Positions 35,540 through 47,214 of a stretch of 64,000 nucleotides of DNA are shown here, in pieces (within the stretch, counting starts at the first letter, position 1; the number at the start of each line of letters is the position of its first letter). The DNA is taken from the NCBI GenBank assembly GCA_045594545.1, contig JAZNYQ010000094.1, positions 2,796-66,795 of the forward strand, read 5' to 3'. The notes below the pieces were generated by a model. It saw nothing but the letters and a program-made list of their open reading frames with translations, was not told where the DNA came from and ran no database searches. The stretch comes from Eubacteriales bacterium (GTDB lineage Bacteria > Bacillota > Clostridia > Oscillospirales > UMGS1783). The translations under genes and the position numbers were made by a program.

Positions 35540-36817
35540 TTATTTCAGAATGATCGTATCGCCGATCTGACTCGCCTGCCGTTTGTCCCGATCTCGCAAC
35601 ACCTCAGGTTCTCCTTCACCCTTGGCCGCTTCCTCGGTAATCACAACGCGGTAGATCTCGTCATCCCCCGGAATTTCGTACATGAGTTTCCCCATAATAC
35701 GCTCCATAATGCCACGCAATCCACGGGCACCGGTATTACGCTCAGCCGCCTTGGCGGCAATGGCGCGCAACGCCCCGTCGGTGAATTCTAATTCTACACC
35801 ATCTAAGGCCAACAATTCCTTGTATTGCTTAGTCAACGCATTCTTCGGCTCAGACAAGATCCGTACAAAAGCATCCTCGTCTAACGCATCCAACGCCACA
35901 ATAACCGGCATACGTCCAACCAATTCGGGAATCAGTCCAAACTTGACCAGATCATGAGGCTCCGCCAGTTTCAAATACCCTTCCTTGATCTTCTCCTTGC
36001 GGGAACGCACATCCGCGCCAAATCCCAAAGATACCTTCTCCGTACGCTTCTCAATAACCTTATCCAACCCATCAAACGCACCGCCGCAAATAAAAAGAAT
36101 ATTGCGCGTGTCAATCTGGATCAGATCCTGATGCGGATGCTTGCGCCCACCCTGTGGCGGCACACTGGCAACCGTACCCTCTAAGATCTTGAGTAACGCC
36201 TGTTGCACACCCTCACCCGATACATCGCGGGTAATGGAGGGGTTTTCACTCTTTCGGGCAATCTTGTCGATCTCGTCGATATAAATGATGCCGTTTTGCG
36301 CCAAACTGATGTCAAAATCTGCCGCCTGAATCAGGCGAAGCAGGATGTTTTCCACATCCTCACCCACATAACCGGCCTCGGTCAACGTCGTCGCATCGGC
36401 AATGGCAAACGGAACACCCAGCGCCTTGGCCAAGGTTTCCGCAAGCAGCGTCTTGCCGCAACCGGTTGGTCCAAGGAACAGTACATTGCTCTTTTGCAAC
36501 TGTACGTCGGGGTCATTCTGAATACCAATGATTCTTTTGTAATGATTATAAACGGCTACCGCCAGCGCGATCTTGGCATCGTCCTGCCCGATCACGTGCT
36601 CATCCAATAACGCCTTGAGCGCCTTGGGCTTGAGCAATTTGATCTCCTGCGATGAGCCCGTTGTCGGTAACGGCTTATCCAGAATCTGCATGCACAATTC
36701 TACGCACTCATCGCAAATATAGGCATCATTCATGCCGGCGATCAGCTTATCCGCCTGCTCCCTCGGCTTGCCGCAAAAGGAACAGAAGGCCCCGTCCCCG
36801 TAGTTGTTGTTTGCCAT
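35540..36817 (-). CDS. clpX: ATP-dependent Clp protease ATP-binding subunit ClpX
   Basis: Zinc finger CSFCGK...CDEC, Walker A GPTGCGKT and IYIDEIDK. Confidence 0.97.
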   Translation of the reverse strand: MANNNYGDGAFCSFCGKPREQADKLIAGMNDAYICDECVELCMQILDKPLPTTGSSQEIKLLKPKALKALLDEHVIGQDDAKIALAVAVYNHYKRIIGIQNDPDVQLQKSNVLFLGPTGCGKTLLAETLAKALGVPFAIADATTLTEAGYVGEDVENILLRLIQAADFDISLAQNGIIYIDEIDKIARKSENPSITRDVSGEGVQQALLKILEGTVASVPPQGGRKHPHQDLIQIDTRNILFICGGAFDGLDKVIEKRTEKVSLGFGADVRSRKEKIKEGYLKLAEPHDLVKFGLIPELVGRMPVIVALDALDEDAFVRILSEPKNALTKQYKELLALDGVELEFTDGALRAIAAKAAERNTGARGLRGIMERIMGKLMYEIPGDDEIYRVVITEEAAKGEGEPEVLRDRDKRQASQIGDTIILK

Positions 36818-36829
36818 GAACTACCCTCT

Positions 36830-37423
36830 TTATCTCTTTTCAATAACCTTGTCGATCAGGCCATACTCCAAGGCTTCCTTGGCCGACATGAAATTGTCAC
36901 GCTCAGTATCCCGCTCGATCTCCGAGAGCGGACGTCCGGTATTGGCCGCCAAGATCGTGTTCAACTTCTCACGGGTCTTGCGAATATGGTCGGCATGAAT
37001 AATGATATCCGATGCCTGCCCTTGCGCCCCACCTAACGGCTGATGAATCATGATCTCACTGTTGGGCAACGCCAAGCGCTTACCCTTCGCACCCGCAGAC
37101 AGCAGGAACGCACCCATGGAAGCCGCCATACCCACACAAATGGTGGATACGTCACACTTAATGTAATTCATCGTATCATAAATGGCCATGCCGGCAGAAA
37201 CCGAGCCGCCCGGACTGTTAATGTAGAAGCAAATATCCTTTTCGTTATCCTGCGCTTCCAGATACAAAAGCTGGGCTACCACCAACGATGCCGTTGTGTC
37301 ATTGACCTGATCCGACAGGAAAATGATGCGATCATTGAGCAATCGCGAATAGATGTCGTACGAACGCTCCCCACGATTGGTCTGCTCAACCACCATCGGC
37401 ACCAAACTCATAAATTCATTCAT
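36830..37423 (-). CDS. clpP: ATP-dependent Clp protease proteolytic subunit ClpP
   Basis: [30 protein letters not shown] and MIHQPLGG. Confidence 0.97.
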   Translation of the reverse strand: MNEFMSLVPMVVEQTNRGERSYDIYSRLLNDRIIFLSDQVNDTTASLVVAQLLYLEAQDNEKDICFYINSPGGSVSAGMAIYDTMNYIKCDVSTICVGMAASMGAFLLSAGAKGKRLALPNSEIMIHQPLGGAQGQASDIIIHADHIRKTREKLNTILAANTGRPLSEIERDTERDNFMSAKEALEYGLIDKVIEKR

Positions 37424-37479
37424 TCTGCCTGCACTCCTTTACTCAACGTTAACTATTATACTCGCATTTGCCGAGATTA

Positions 37480-38838
37480 TTATTCCTCGGTCTTCTCTTC
37501 GGCCTTCTTTGTTGTCTTTTTCGCCGTAGTCTTCTTGGGTGCCGCTTTCTTTTCCTTCTTCACGGTAACCTTGGCATTGGCAACCACAAATTTCAAAGCC
37601 TTGTCAACCGCAATATCCTGCGTCATCTGCTCAGCAGGCAGGAAAGCCTTCACCTGATCCAGTTCAATGCCGTACTGCTCGGATACACGCTTGTACTCAG
37701 CTTCCAGCTCCTCTTCCGAAACCACAACGCTCTCAGCCTTAACGATCTCTTCCAGAGCCAAACGGGCACGAACCGTCTTGTCGGCACGATCCTTGAAGGA
37801 AGCACGGAAGTCTTCCATCTTCATGCCGGTATATTTCAGATAGGTCTGAATATCCAAGCCCTGCTGACGCATGTTCTGATCATACTCGTTGATCATGGTA
37901 TCGATCTGCTGCTCTACCATGGCATCGGGCACTTCCGCCGTCATACCTTCGACGATCTTTTCCATAATGGCCTGCTCAACCGCACGGTCAGCCTGCGCAT
38001 CCATGTACTCGGTCATCTTCTTCTTCATGTCAGCCTTGTAATCGGCCAGCGTGTCAAACTCGCTGACATCCTTGGCAAATTCATCATCCAGCTCAGGCAA
38101 CTCTTCAAACTTGATCTCATGGATCACGCACTTAAACTCGGCAGCCTTGCCGGCCAAAGACTTCTCATGATACTCCTCGGGGAATGTCACGCTGACAACA
38201 ACATCTTCATCGATATTCTTGCCAACCAACTGCTCCTCAAAACCGGGGATAAAGGAACCGGAACCCAGTACCAGGCTATGATTCTCCGCCTTGCCGCCGT
38301 CAAAAGCAACGCCGTCAACCGAACCGTCAAAGTCCAGCACCACGGTATCGCCCATCTGAGCCGCACGGTCGGTCACGTCAACGGTGCGGGCATGCGCCTT
38401 GCGTACATGCTCGAGTTCCTGCTCGATCTGAGCATCCTCAACCTTAACTTCCATCTTCTCAGCCTCAATGCCCTTGTACTCGCCCAGAGTCACTTCCGGA
38501 CGAACGGGAACCTTGGCCACCAGAACATAGCCCTTGTCGTCAACGCTCTTGATGTCGATCTCACCGGGAGCCACAACATCCAATCCGGCCTCTTCGACAG
38601 CCTTGTCGTAGGCTTCACCATAGGTCTTATTGATAGCCTTCTCATAGAACATGCCCTTGCCGTACATCTTCTCTACGATGTTGCGGGGAGCTTTGCCCTT
38701 ACGGAAGCCCTTAATGGCAATATTGGGAGCCGCCTCGGCATAGGCCTCGTCTACCGCCTTGGTAAACGCTTTGCCGGTAACGGCAATTTCCAGCTCGACT
38801 ACACTCTTTTCCAGTTTCTTTACGCTGTTGATCTTCAT
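37480..38838 (-). CDS. tig: trigger factor
   Basis: GFRKGKAPRNIVEKMYG, an FKBP-type middle domain, and an unusual Lys/Thr/Glu-rich C-terminal tail (KKEKKAAPKKTTAKKTTKKAEEKTEE). Confidence 0.95.
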   Translation of the reverse strand: MKINSVKKLEKSVVELEIAVTGKAFTKAVDEAYAEAAPNIAIKGFRKGKAPRNIVEKMYGKGMFYEKAINKTYGEAYDKAVEEAGLDVVAPGEIDIKSVDDKGYVLVAKVPVRPEVTLGEYKGIEAEKMEVKVEDAQIEQELEHVRKAHARTVDVTDRAAQMGDTVVLDFDGSVDGVAFDGGKAENHSLVLGSGSFIPGFEEQLVGKNIDEDVVVSVTFPEEYHEKSLAGKAAEFKCVIHEIKFEELPELDDEFAKDVSEFDTLADYKADMKKKMTEYMDAQADRAVEQAIMEKIVEGMTAEVPDAMVEQQIDTMINEYDQNMRQQGLDIQTYLKYTGMKMEDFRASFKDRADKTVRARLALEEIVKAESVVVSEEELEAEYKRVSEQYGIELDQVKAFLPAEQMTQDIAVDKALKFVVANAKVTVKKEKKAAPKKTTAKKTTKKAEEKTEE

Positions 38839-38876
38839 GAGTTATTTCCTCCGAAATTTTCTTTAATCAATTGTAC

Positions 38877-38905
38877 ATTTTAACATAGTTGGAAAATAAA
38901 TTCAA
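38877..38905 (-). promoter_or_regulatory. promoter of tig
   Basis: On the minus strand: TTGAAT (38905-38900), 17 nt, TAAAAT (38882-38877). Confidence 0.55.
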
Positions 38906-38919
38906 TATAAAATTATGAA

Positions 38920-40068
38920 TTATTCTTCCAAAAAGTCCTTTAATCGCTTACTGCGCGACGGATGTCTGAGTTTACGCAACGCTTTCGCCTCGATCTGACG
39001 GATACGCTCACGGGTAACGTTGAAATCCCGTCCCACTTCCTCCAGTGTGCGCATACGCCCGTCTTCCAAACCAAAACGCATCTTGAGTACCTTCGCCTCA
39101 CGCTCAGTCAAGGTCTTGAGCACGTCTTCCAGCTCCTCCTTGAGCATCACTTGAGAAGCCGCATCCGACGGCGCCGTAATATCTTCATCGGGGATAAAGT
39201 CACCCAAATGACTGTCTACCACCTCACCGATCGGCGTTTCCAGAGGAATCGGTTCCTGGGCAATTTTGAGCACTTCCCGAATCTTTTCAACACTCATGCC
39301 CATCTCCTGTGCCACCTCTTCGGGCTTGGGCTGACGGCCCAACTCCTGCAGCAACTGGCGCTCCACACGCATGACTTTGTTAATGGTTTCTACCATGTGT
39401 ACGGGAATACGAATGGTGCGGGCCTGATCGGCAATGGCACGGGTGATCGCCTGACGGATCCACCATGTCGCATAGGTCGAGAACTTGTAGCCCTTGGAAT
39501 AGTCAAACTTCTCAACCGCCTTGCTCAGCCCCATATTACCCTCTTGAATCAAGTCCAAGAACATCATGCCGCGTCCCGCATACCGCTTGGCAATGCTGAC
39601 AACAAGGCGCAGGTTGGCCTCGGACAACTTGGCGCGAGCCTCCTCATCCCCTTCTGCCATGCGCTTAGCCAACGCCTGTTCTTCCTCATTGGAAAGAAGC
39701 GGCACACGCCCGATCTCTTTGAGATAAATCTTGACCGGATCATCTACCGAGATCCCTTCATTGGAAAGTACTTCTTCAAGATTGTTGCTCTTGAGGATCT
39801 CACTGTTATCCTCTTCCTCTTCCAACAACTCTTCATCGGGAATCTCATCAAAGGTCTTGTCCACGATCTCAATCTGCATACTCTCTAAGGATTCCACGAT
39901 CTTCTCAAATTGATCCTGCGTCAACTGAATCTCGCCAAAAGCTTCGTGAATTTCCTTCTGAGAAAGCATGCCCTTGGCACGACCTTCTTCAATCAGATTT
40001 TTTAAGATTTGTTTTTTGTCCGGCTTTTCACCGTTTACACCGCTGTTGATTACTTCTTCATTCGGCAT
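38920..40068 (-). CDS. sigA: RNA polymerase primary sigma factor
   Basis: Regions 2 to 4 are [27 protein letters not shown]...[33 protein letters not shown]. Confidence 0.96.
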   Translation of the reverse strand: MPNEEVINSGVNGEKPDKKQILKNLIEEGRAKGMLSQKEIHEAFGEIQLTQDQFEKIVESLESMQIEIVDKTFDEIPDEELLEEEEDNSEILKSNNLEEVLSNEGISVDDPVKIYLKEIGRVPLLSNEEEQALAKRMAEGDEEARAKLSEANLRLVVSIAKRYAGRGMMFLDLIQEGNMGLSKAVEKFDYSKGYKFSTYATWWIRQAITRAIADQARTIRIPVHMVETINKVMRVERQLLQELGRQPKPEEVAQEMGMSVEKIREVLKIAQEPIPLETPIGEVVDSHLGDFIPDEDITAPSDAASQVMLKEELEDVLKTLTEREAKVLKMRFGLEDGRMRTLEEVGRDFNVTRERIRQIEAKALRKLRHPSRSKRLKDFLEE

Positions 40069-40073
40069 AACGA

Positions 40074-41834
40074 TTACTCCTTTCTTTTTTGACCCTTTTT
40101 ATTTAACTCTAAAAATCGGCGTATCGTCTCCGGATCTTCTCCGGTCATATCGCCGCCCGTTGTCTGTAATACCCGCGCGTAATCACACGCCTGCCTAAGC
40201 TCATTATCGGCAGCTACTGCCATTACCGTGTACTGCGTCAGCCTTGCCACCTCCTCGGTGGTTAAATGCCCCGCCAACGTCGTAATCGAAACCGTTCCCT
40301 CTTCCTCAATCTGTTGCCGCATCAAGCGGAAAATATTGCGGTTAAAGGCCGTAACAAAATGCTCCTCGGTAATGGGCGGATCTAACTTCTTATAATAATC
40401 GGGATGTTTAAGCAGTACCGCAATCAACCCTTCCTCGGCTCTTGCCGCCTTAAGATTGACGCTCTTTTCAGGGTTAATGCGATCCCGCACCCCCGCCATC
40501 TTGTCCATTTCTTCCCGCATCTGTTTCTTCTTGGCCGCCGCTTCCCGATTCTCGGAAATATGCTTGATCTCAGCACGAATGAATTCGGCTGAAATCTCGG
40601 TCTCCTGCGCCACACGGGAAATATACACCTCCCGCTCCACAGGACTGCGTACGCCCGCCAGAATCGACGATGCCTTTTTTAAATACTCACTCTTATCTTC
40701 CGGAATGGAAAAATCAAAATTCCTCCGCTCCTTGGCCAATAGGTAGGAAATCTGACTGCCCGATCCATCCAGCAACCGCGCAAACTTCTGCGCACCGTAT
40801 TTCTGAATGTATTCATCCGGATCCTTGGCGCCCGTTACCGTTAGGATACGCACCTTAATGCCCGTCTCCTCAAAATAACGGATGGCCTTATTCATGGCCG
40901 TCTGTCCGGCTTCATCCGAGTCTAAGCAAAGAATGATCTCCTTGGCATACCGTGCCGCCAACCGTGCGTGCTCAGCAGTTACCGCCGTACCTAAGGGAGC
41001 CACGGCAAAGGGAAATCCCGCCTGATGCAGGCTGATAACGTCCATATACCCCTCACACAACAGCAAGCGCTCACCGGGGGCATTTTTCGCATAATTTAAG
41101 GCAAACAATACCTGACTCTTCTTAAATACCGGCGTATCGGGCGAGTTTAAGTATTTCGCTCCGCCGCCGCTTTCTAAAATACGCCCGCCAAAGGCAATGA
41201 CGTTTCCCGTCGTGTCAATAATGGGAAAGATCACACGGTTACGGAATCGGACGTAATATCCGCCCGTTTTCCCGCGTAAAGCCAACCCCGCCGTTTCCAT
41301 CTGCTCCTTGGTAAATCCCTTGGCTGTCAGATGACGAATCATATCATCCCAACTGTCGGGCGCATAGCCCAGCCCGAATCGGGTAATGGTCGATGGCGTC
41401 AGTTTTCGCGCGGCAAAGTATTCCATACCTTTTTTGCCGATCTCGCTTTTCAGATTCCGGTGGAAGTGCCGAGCCGCCTCTTTGTTGATGGCCAGCGTCA
41501 CCGCCCGACGTTGACGGTACTCGCCCGCCCCTTCCCGTTCGGGCACCTGCATCCCGTAGCGGTCAGCCAAAAAATGAACCGCATCCATGTAATCCAACTT
41601 CTCAATGTTGCGGATAAAAGTGATCACATCTCCGCCGTTCCCGCAACCAAAACAGTAATAGGATTGCGAATCCACATACACCGTAAAGGAACCCGTCTTT
41701 TCACTATGGAACGGGCAAAGCCCCACAAAACGGTTACCGGCACGGCGCAACGTCACATATTGCGACACGACATCTTCAATCGTGGCGCGGCTTTTCAGTT
41801 GTTCAATAAACAGATCAAAATCCGCTCGTGCCAT
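40074..41834 (-). CDS. dnaG: DNA primase
   Basis: Zinc finger [13 protein letters not shown]...CFGCG and [17 protein letters not shown]. It lies directly upstream of sigA. Confidence 0.95.
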   Translation of the reverse strand: MARADFDLFIEQLKSRATIEDVVSQYVTLRRAGNRFVGLCPFHSEKTGSFTVYVDSQSYYCFGCGNGGDVITFIRNIEKLDYMDAVHFLADRYGMQVPEREGAGEYRQRRAVTLAINKEAARHFHRNLKSEIGKKGMEYFAARKLTPSTITRFGLGYAPDSWDDMIRHLTAKGFTKEQMETAGLALRGKTGGYYVRFRNRVIFPIIDTTGNVIAFGGRILESGGGAKYLNSPDTPVFKKSQVLFALNYAKNAPGERLLLCEGYMDVISLHQAGFPFAVAPLGTAVTAEHARLAARYAKEIILCLDSDEAGQTAMNKAIRYFEETGIKVRILTVTGAKDPDEYIQKYGAQKFARLLDGSGSQISYLLAKERRNFDFSIPEDKSEYLKKASSILAGVRSPVEREVYISRVAQETEISAEFIRAEIKHISENREAAAKKKQMREEMDKMAGVRDRINPEKSVNLKAARAEEGLIAVLLKHPDYYKKLDPPITEEHFVTAFNRNIFRLMRQQIEEEGTVSITTLAGHLTTEEVARLTQYTVMAVAADNELRQACDYARVLQTTGGDMTGEDPETIRRFLELNKKGQKRKE

Positions 41835-41849
41835 ATTCGTTCCTTTCTT

Positions 41850-42848
41850 TTATTTCATCCAGAAGGTAGGCAAATACAGTTCGCTGTACTTACTCACCGC
41901 ATAGTTGTCCGTCATTCCCGAAATATAATCACAGGCGGCACGGGGTACCCCCTCCCGCTCAATGATCAATTGATATTCTTCCGGCATCTGTTCGGGATGC
42001 TCGGCAAAATGCCGATATAAACTCTTGACAATCTCTTCCGCTTTACACTCCTCGGTCTTCGCCGCCGACGAGATATAGACATTATCAAACATAAACCGCA
42101 ATAATGCGGCATGAGCATTTTTGACCGTTTTCTCCATTTCTATACGGTCACGCCCTCGGCTCTCCTCAACCACCGCCCGAATCATGGTATTCAGGCGCTG
42201 TCGGGAATTGCCGCCTAAGATCTCCGCAATCTCAAAGGGCACGTCGCCGTTTTCCAGCACACCGCCGCGAATGGCATCGTCAATATCGTGATTGGCATAG
42301 GCGATCTTGTCGGCATATCGCACGATCTGCCCCTCTAAGGTCTGCGCCCACACATCACCCGAATGATGCCCGATCGCATCAATCGTCTGCTTTGTAAGAT
42401 TGAGCCCTCGCCCCATCTTCTCCAAGCGGGTCACCACCCGCACACTCTGCTCATAATGATAAAAGCCAAACGGACAAACATCCGCCAACGCTCGCTCTCC
42501 CGCATGGCCAAAGGGAGTGTGCCCCAAGTCATGCCCCAAAGCCGCCGCCTCCGCCAGATCTTCATTCAGGCTGAGTGCGCGCGCCATCGAACGGGCGATC
42601 TGCGCCACCTCTAAGGTGTGCGTCAAGCGTGTACGGTAATGATCCCCCTCGGGCGATAAAAAGACCTGAGTTTTGCGTTTTAACCGTCGAAAGGAGTTAC
42701 AGTGCAGGATGCGGTCACGGTCACGCTGAAAGGCCGTACGCATATCACATTCGTCGTCCGCATGCTCTCTTGTCGCATCACCGGAAAAAGCGGCAAAGGG
42801 TGCCAAATATTCCTTTTCTCTTTGTTCCAGCATCTCACGAACCGTCAT
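41850..42848 (-). CDS. dGTPase-like HD-domain triphosphohydrolase
   Basis: FQRDRDRILHCNSFRRLKRKTQVF...RTRLTHTLEVAQIAR...GHDLGHTPFGH. Confidence 0.85.
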   Translation of the reverse strand: MTVREMLEQREKEYLAPFAAFSGDATREHADDECDMRTAFQRDRDRILHCNSFRRLKRKTQVFLSPEGDHYRTRLTHTLEVAQIARSMARALSLNEDLAEAAALGHDLGHTPFGHAGERALADVCPFGFYHYEQSVRVVTRLEKMGRGLNLTKQTIDAIGHHSGDVWAQTLEGQIVRYADKIAYANHDIDDAIRGGVLENGDVPFEIAEILGGNSRQRLNTMIRAVVEESRGRDRIEMEKTVKNAHAALLRFMFDNVYISSAAKTEECKAEEIVKSLYRHFAEHPEQMPEEYQLIIEREGVPRAACDYISGMTDNYAVSKYSELYLPTFWMK

Positions 42849-42902
42849 TGCCTCACTCCCTTTCTATATAGTAATACGCACAAAAACCCAAAAACCCTTT
42901 TT

Positions 42903-43526
42903 TTATTTCAAAAAACCGATAAATTTTTCTCCACTCTCTATGCAGGTCGCCACTCCGGCGCTTATCTCCTGCACACAAGCCGTCAATGCCGGAACCATAT
43001 CAGGTGCACAGGATACGGTAAAGGACACGTCCGCCCCAAACTGCGCATCGGAAATCGTGCCCCCTCTTGCCGTCAGGGCCGCACAGAGCCGATCATAGGT
43101 CGCATACGGACATTCAACGGTTAACAATTTACACATCCGCATCTCTAAAATACCGGCCGCATCCACCGCAATCTTAGCCGCCTTGGCATAGGCGCGGGTG
43201 AGCCCCCCTGCCCCCAGCAGAATCCCGCCGAAATAACGGGTGGCTACTACGCAAATGTCAGTCAATTCCTCACGGCGTAACACGCCAAGCATGGGCTGAC
43301 CGCCCGTACCCGAAGGCTCGCCCGCATCCGAATAGCGCATGGTGTTGTCTTTGCGCAGAATATAGGCGTATACGTGATGCCGCGCCTGCGGATGTTGCGC
43401 CTTGATCTCATTGATAAAGGCAATCGCTTCCTCTTCGGTCGTCACCGGCCGCAAGGATCCGATAAATTTTGATTTTTTCTCAATAAAGAAATCTTCCGCC
43501 GCCTTGGCCGCCGTCAAATAATTCAT
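42903..43526 (-). CDS. yigZ: YigZ/IMPACT-family protein
   Basis: IEKKSKFIGS...ARHHVYAY...YSDAGEPSGTGGQPML. Its ATGA overlaps the pepT stop. Confidence 0.85.
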   Translation of the reverse strand: MNYLTAAKAAEDFFIEKKSKFIGSLRPVTTEEEAIAFINEIKAQHPQARHHVYAYILRKDNTMRYSDAGEPSGTGGQPMLGVLRREELTDICVVATRYFGGILLGAGGLTRAYAKAAKIAVDAAGILEMRMCKLLTVECPYATYDRLCAALTARGGTISDAQFGADVSFTVSCAPDMVPALTACVQEISAGVATCIESGEKFIGFLK

Positions 43527-44725
43527 GCCTTAAGCAACTCCAAGAGAACTTCCACCATCTTCTCCAATGAGCGCACCGGAATAAATTCATGGATGCTGTG
43601 GAAGTTGGCACCGCCCGTACTCAGATTCGGACAAGGCAAACCCTCATAGGACAGCCGAGCCCCGTCGGTACCACCGCGAATGGCAATGATTTGCGGATCA
43701 ACCCCAACCGCCAGCATGGCCGCCTTGGCGTTGTCGATCAATTCCATGTGAGGCAGGATCATTTCTTTCATATTGTAATAACTGTCTTTCATGTCCAGTG
43801 CAAAAGAGCATTCGCCCCACACACCGTTTAAGTAGTCTACCAGATTGGTCACAAACTGCTTGCGGGCTTCAAAATTCTCACGGTCATGATCCCGAATGAT
43901 CATGTGCACCACCGCCTGCGATTCGTCGCCCTCAATCCCATTCACATGGTAGAAGCCTTCATACCCCTCGGTGTGAGATGGGGTTTCATGAGCCGGCAAC
44001 ATCGAGATAAATTGGTTAGCCATCAATACTGCATTTTTCATTTTGTTCTTGGCCGAACCGGGGTGAATATTCACGCCGTGCACCGTCAGCTTTACACCGG
44101 CGCCGTTGAAGTTCTCATACTCGATTTCGCCCAGTTCTCCGCCGTCCACCGTATAGGCTACCTTGGCGGGAAAAAGCGAAAAATCAAAGTGATCGGCGCC
44201 CCGTCCGATCTCCTCATCAAAAATAATGCAAACGGCTACCCCGCGGTGCTTGACCTCGGGATGCGCCACCAAATATTCAATCGCCGCAAAGATCTCAGCC
44301 ACGCCCGCTTTATCATCAGCCCCCAGCAAGGTACTGCCGTCGGTCACGATCAGATCCTGTCCGACATAGCGAGCCAGATTGGGGAATTCCTTTTCCCGAA
44401 TGGTCGCCCCGTGCCCCAATTCGATATCGCCGCCGTTATAGGTAACGATGCGGGGACGAACATCCTTACCCGACACATCGGGCGAGGTATCCATGTGTGC
44501 AATTAGCCCTAAATCGGGCAAATTGCCCCCGTTTGAGGGCGGTAAATAGCCATAAACGTAGCCAAAATCGTCCATTTTTGCGTTTTTTAGCCCCATTTTT
44601 TGCAGGTTTTGAGCCAAAAAAGCGCCCAAAATCTTCTGTTTTTCGGTAGAAGGAACGCTTTCTGAGTTCTCATCCGACCGGGTATCGTATGCCACAAAGG
44701 ACAAAAAATGATCCAATACGCTCAT
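43523..44725 (-). CDS. pepT: peptidase T (M20 tripeptidase)
   Basis: FVAYDTRSDENS..., GLIAHMDTSPD, GADDKAGVAEI and RGGTDGARLS. The start is the ATG at 44725, after AAGGAGAA. Confidence 0.9.
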   Translation of the reverse strand: MSVLDHFLSFVAYDTRSDENSESVPSTEKQKILGAFLAQNLQKMGLKNAKMDDFGYVYGYLPPSNGGNLPDLGLIAHMDTSPDVSGKDVRPRIVTYNGGDIELGHGATIREKEFPNLARYVGQDLIVTDGSTLLGADDKAGVAEIFAAIEYLVAHPEVKHRGVAVCIIFDEEIGRGADHFDFSLFPAKVAYTVDGGELGEIEYENFNGAGVKLTVHGVNIHPGSAKNKMKNAVLMANQFISMLPAHETPSHTEGYEGFYHVNGIEGDESQAVVHMIIRDHDRENFEARKQFVTNLVDYLNGVWGECSFALDMKDSYYNMKEMILPHMELIDNAKAAMLAVGVDPQIIAIRGGTDGARLSYEGLPCPNLSTGGANFHSIHEFIPVRSLEKMVEVLLELLKA

Positions 44726-44735
44726 ACCGTTCTCC

Positions 44736-45806
44736 TTATAAAACAATCAGATCTTTTCGGCTTTGGGTGAGGTTGAGGCAACCGTCCTCGGTGACATACA
44801 CCATATCCTCAATGCGCACACCGAACTTGTTTTCCAGATAGATGCCGGGCTCAACCGTCATGATCGTGCCCGCTTTGAGCACCGTTTCGCAACGGGTATT
44901 AAAGGCCGGATTCTCATGAATTTCAATACCTACGCTGTGCCCAAGTCCGTGACCGAAGCACCCCTCATAACCGGCATGATAAATGATATCGCGGGCTACC
45001 TTGTCCACGTCCTTGCAGACCATGCCCGAACGAATGACATCCAGCGCCGCCTGCTGAGCCTTAAGCACCGTTTCATACACCTGCTTTTGCTCCTCGCTCA
45101 CCTGTCCGACAGCCACGGTACGGGTCATGTCCGAACGGTATCCCTCAACCACGGCGCCAAAGTCCATGGTTAGAAAATCGCCGGAATCAATCAATTTATA
45201 GGTGGGCACGCCGTGAGGCAGGGACGAATTTTTGCCCGAAACCACGATAAAATCAAAGGAAACGCCCTCACTGCCGAGTTTGCGCATGAAAAATTCCATA
45301 TCCAGCATGATGTCTTTTTCGCTGCGCCCGACCTGAATACGGTCAAGAATATAGGTAAAGGTATCGTCGGTCAATTTCTGCGCCTTTTGAATGAGCGCTA
45401 ACTCCTCATGGGTCTTGACCGCGCGCATCTCTTCAATGAGTTTATCCATTTTGTCATCCTGCAACACTTCAACATCGGCAAAGGCATCCATATAGCCTTT
45501 CATGGCCGAAACCGAGGCAGAGTAGGTTTCGATATACAACGCCTTTACACCGTGTTTGGTCAAAAGATCGCGAATCTCGTCATTGGTGCGGTTGGAAAGC
45601 AAGACCTCACAAGAGGTAACCACACTTTTTGCCTTCTCCACATAGCGGAAGTCGATCAAAAAGTAGGCTTGATCTTTGGTTACCAGCACCGAACCGGCGC
45701 TTGACTCAAAACAGGTGAGATAAAAACGGTTAGCCCCCGAAGTAACCAGTAAAGCCTCACTACTTTGCAGGTTATTTTGTATGGTTTCAATTCTTTTCTC
45801 AATCAT
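44736..45806 (-). CDS. M24B Xaa-Pro aminopeptidase/dipeptidase
   Basis: DFGAVVEGYRSDMTRT, GHGLGHSVGIEIHE and VEPGIY. The start is the ATG at 45806 (8 nt after AAAGGAG). An alternative ATG at 45812 overlaps the pepD stop. Confidence 0.88.
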   Translation of the reverse strand: MIEKRIETIQNNLQSSEALLVTSGANRFYLTCFESSAGSVLVTKDQAYFLIDFRYVEKAKSVVTSCEVLLSNRTNDEIRDLLTKHGVKALYIETYSASVSAMKGYMDAFADVEVLQDDKMDKLIEEMRAVKTHEELALIQKAQKLTDDTFTYILDRIQVGRSEKDIMLDMEFFMRKLGSEGVSFDFIVVSGKNSSLPHGVPTYKLIDSGDFLTMDFGAVVEGYRSDMTRTVAVGQVSEEQKQVYETVLKAQQAALDVIRSGMVCKDVDKVARDIIYHAGYEGCFGHGLGHSVGIEIHENPAFNTRCETVLKAGTIMTVEPGIYLENKFGVRIEDMVYVTEDGCLNLTQSRKDLIVL

Positions 45807-45808
45807 GA

Positions 45809-47203
45809 TCATAACTCCTTTAAGATTTGACACAGATAGTTGAAGGTACGAGAGGTAGAAGAAATGCTCAGGCGTTCGCGGGAGGTATGAATTTCTTCGA
45901 TAGTCGGCCCAAAAGACACGGCATCCAGCCCCTCCATCTTCTCACAAAACAGACCGCATTCCAATCCGGCATGGATGGTTAGTACCTGCGGATCCTCTCC
46001 ATACATATCACGGTAGACCTTCACCATGGTATCTTGAAGCGGAGACTGCTTGCGATATTCCCAAGCCGGGTATTCACTCCCCTTTTGAGCATTTCCGCCG
46101 CAATCTTCAGCCAAGGCCATGACCGTATCACACAGCGCATCGCGCTTGGCATTGATGCCGCTTCGTACCGAAAAGCGCCCTTGCACCTTCCCATCATTCA
46201 TAGATAGGATTCCGAGATTCAATGAAGTTTCAACCAGCCCCTCCATGTCGGCACTCATGGCCGCTACGCCGCAAGGGACGGTAGATAAGAAACGAATGAC
46301 TTCCTCAGCCCGATATCCGTTTTGACAGGTAACCTCTTTAACGGTGATATCAAAATCGGGGTCGTTTACATTGCAATTTTCTTTAACAAATTGCCGAGCG
46401 GCAGATACGACATCAGCCTCGGTGACGATCACGGCACGGCAGGATCGGGTGATGGCGTTATCTTTGGTACCACCCTCGATCTCGCAAAGGGTAAGGTTTC
46501 CTAACACTTGCAGGAATTTGCCCATCATATTATTGGCGTTATACCGACCCGTACCGATCTCAACACCCGAATGACCGCCTCGCAGACCGCACACATCAAC
46601 GGCATAGCCTTTGCCCTTTCCGCTTTGTTCCTCAAGCGGGAAAGACACATCGACGCGGGCGCCGCCGGCGCAGCCGACGGTGAGGACACCCTCTTCTTCC
46701 GAGTCGATATTGAGTAATAGACGGCCGCGGATCTCAGAACAATCCAATCCGACAGCGCCATCCATACCCGTTTCTTCATCGGTGGTAAACAGGGCTTCGA
46801 TGGCGGGGGCGGGCAATTCCTTATCCTCTAACACGGATAAGGCCATGGCAACGGCAATACCGTCGTCGCCGCCTAAGGTCGTTTGTTTGGCAGTAATCCA
46901 ATCGCCCTCGACCTGCAGGCGCAGACCGTCTTTCATAAAGTCCAGATCACAGTCGGCATCCTTTTCGCAGACCATATCCAGATGCCCTTGAATGATAACC
47001 GTAGGGTGATCCTCATACCCCTTTGCGGCGGGTTTGCGGATGAGGACATTGTTCCATTCATCCTGTGTTACTTCCAGACCCAACTGCGTGGCAATTCCCA
47101 CACAATAGTCGCTGATGGCTTTGGTGTTACCCGAACCGTGCGGAATGGCACAGAGCTGTTCAAAATAATAAAAAACGCGATTAGGCTTGAGATGTTCTAA
47201 CAT
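45809..47203 (-). CDS. pepD: aminoacyl-histidine dipeptidase (PepD, M20C)
   Basis: VFYYFEQLCAIPHGSGN, IIQGHLDMV, GGDDGIAVA and TTDEETGMDGA. The start is the ATG at 47203, after AAAGGAGAA. Confidence 0.88.
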   Translation of the reverse strand: MLEHLKPNRVFYYFEQLCAIPHGSGNTKAISDYCVGIATQLGLEVTQDEWNNVLIRKPAAKGYEDHPTVIIQGHLDMVCEKDADCDLDFMKDGLRLQVEGDWITAKQTTLGGDDGIAVAMALSVLEDKELPAPAIEALFTTDEETGMDGAVGLDCSEIRGRLLLNIDSEEEGVLTVGCAGGARVDVSFPLEEQSGKGKGYAVDVCGLRGGHSGVEIGTGRYNANNMMGKFLQVLGNLTLCEIEGGTKDNAITRSCRAVIVTEADVVSAARQFVKENCNVNDPDFDITVKEVTCQNGYRAEEVIRFLSTVPCGVAAMSADMEGLVETSLNLGILSMNDGKVQGRFSVRSGINAKRDALCDTVMALAEDCGGNAQKGSEYPAWEYRKQSPLQDTMVKVYRDMYGEDPQVLTIHAGLECGLFCEKMEGLDAVSFGPTIEEIHTSRERLSISSTSRTFNYLCQILKEL

Positions 47204-47214
47204 ACAATTCTCCT

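Noticed and set aside
37468-38883. 471-aa plus-strand ORF antisense to tig
   Set aside because: It is codon-aligned with tig (1 mod 3). The product is a leucine/histidine-rich low-complexity sequence, and there is no RBS.
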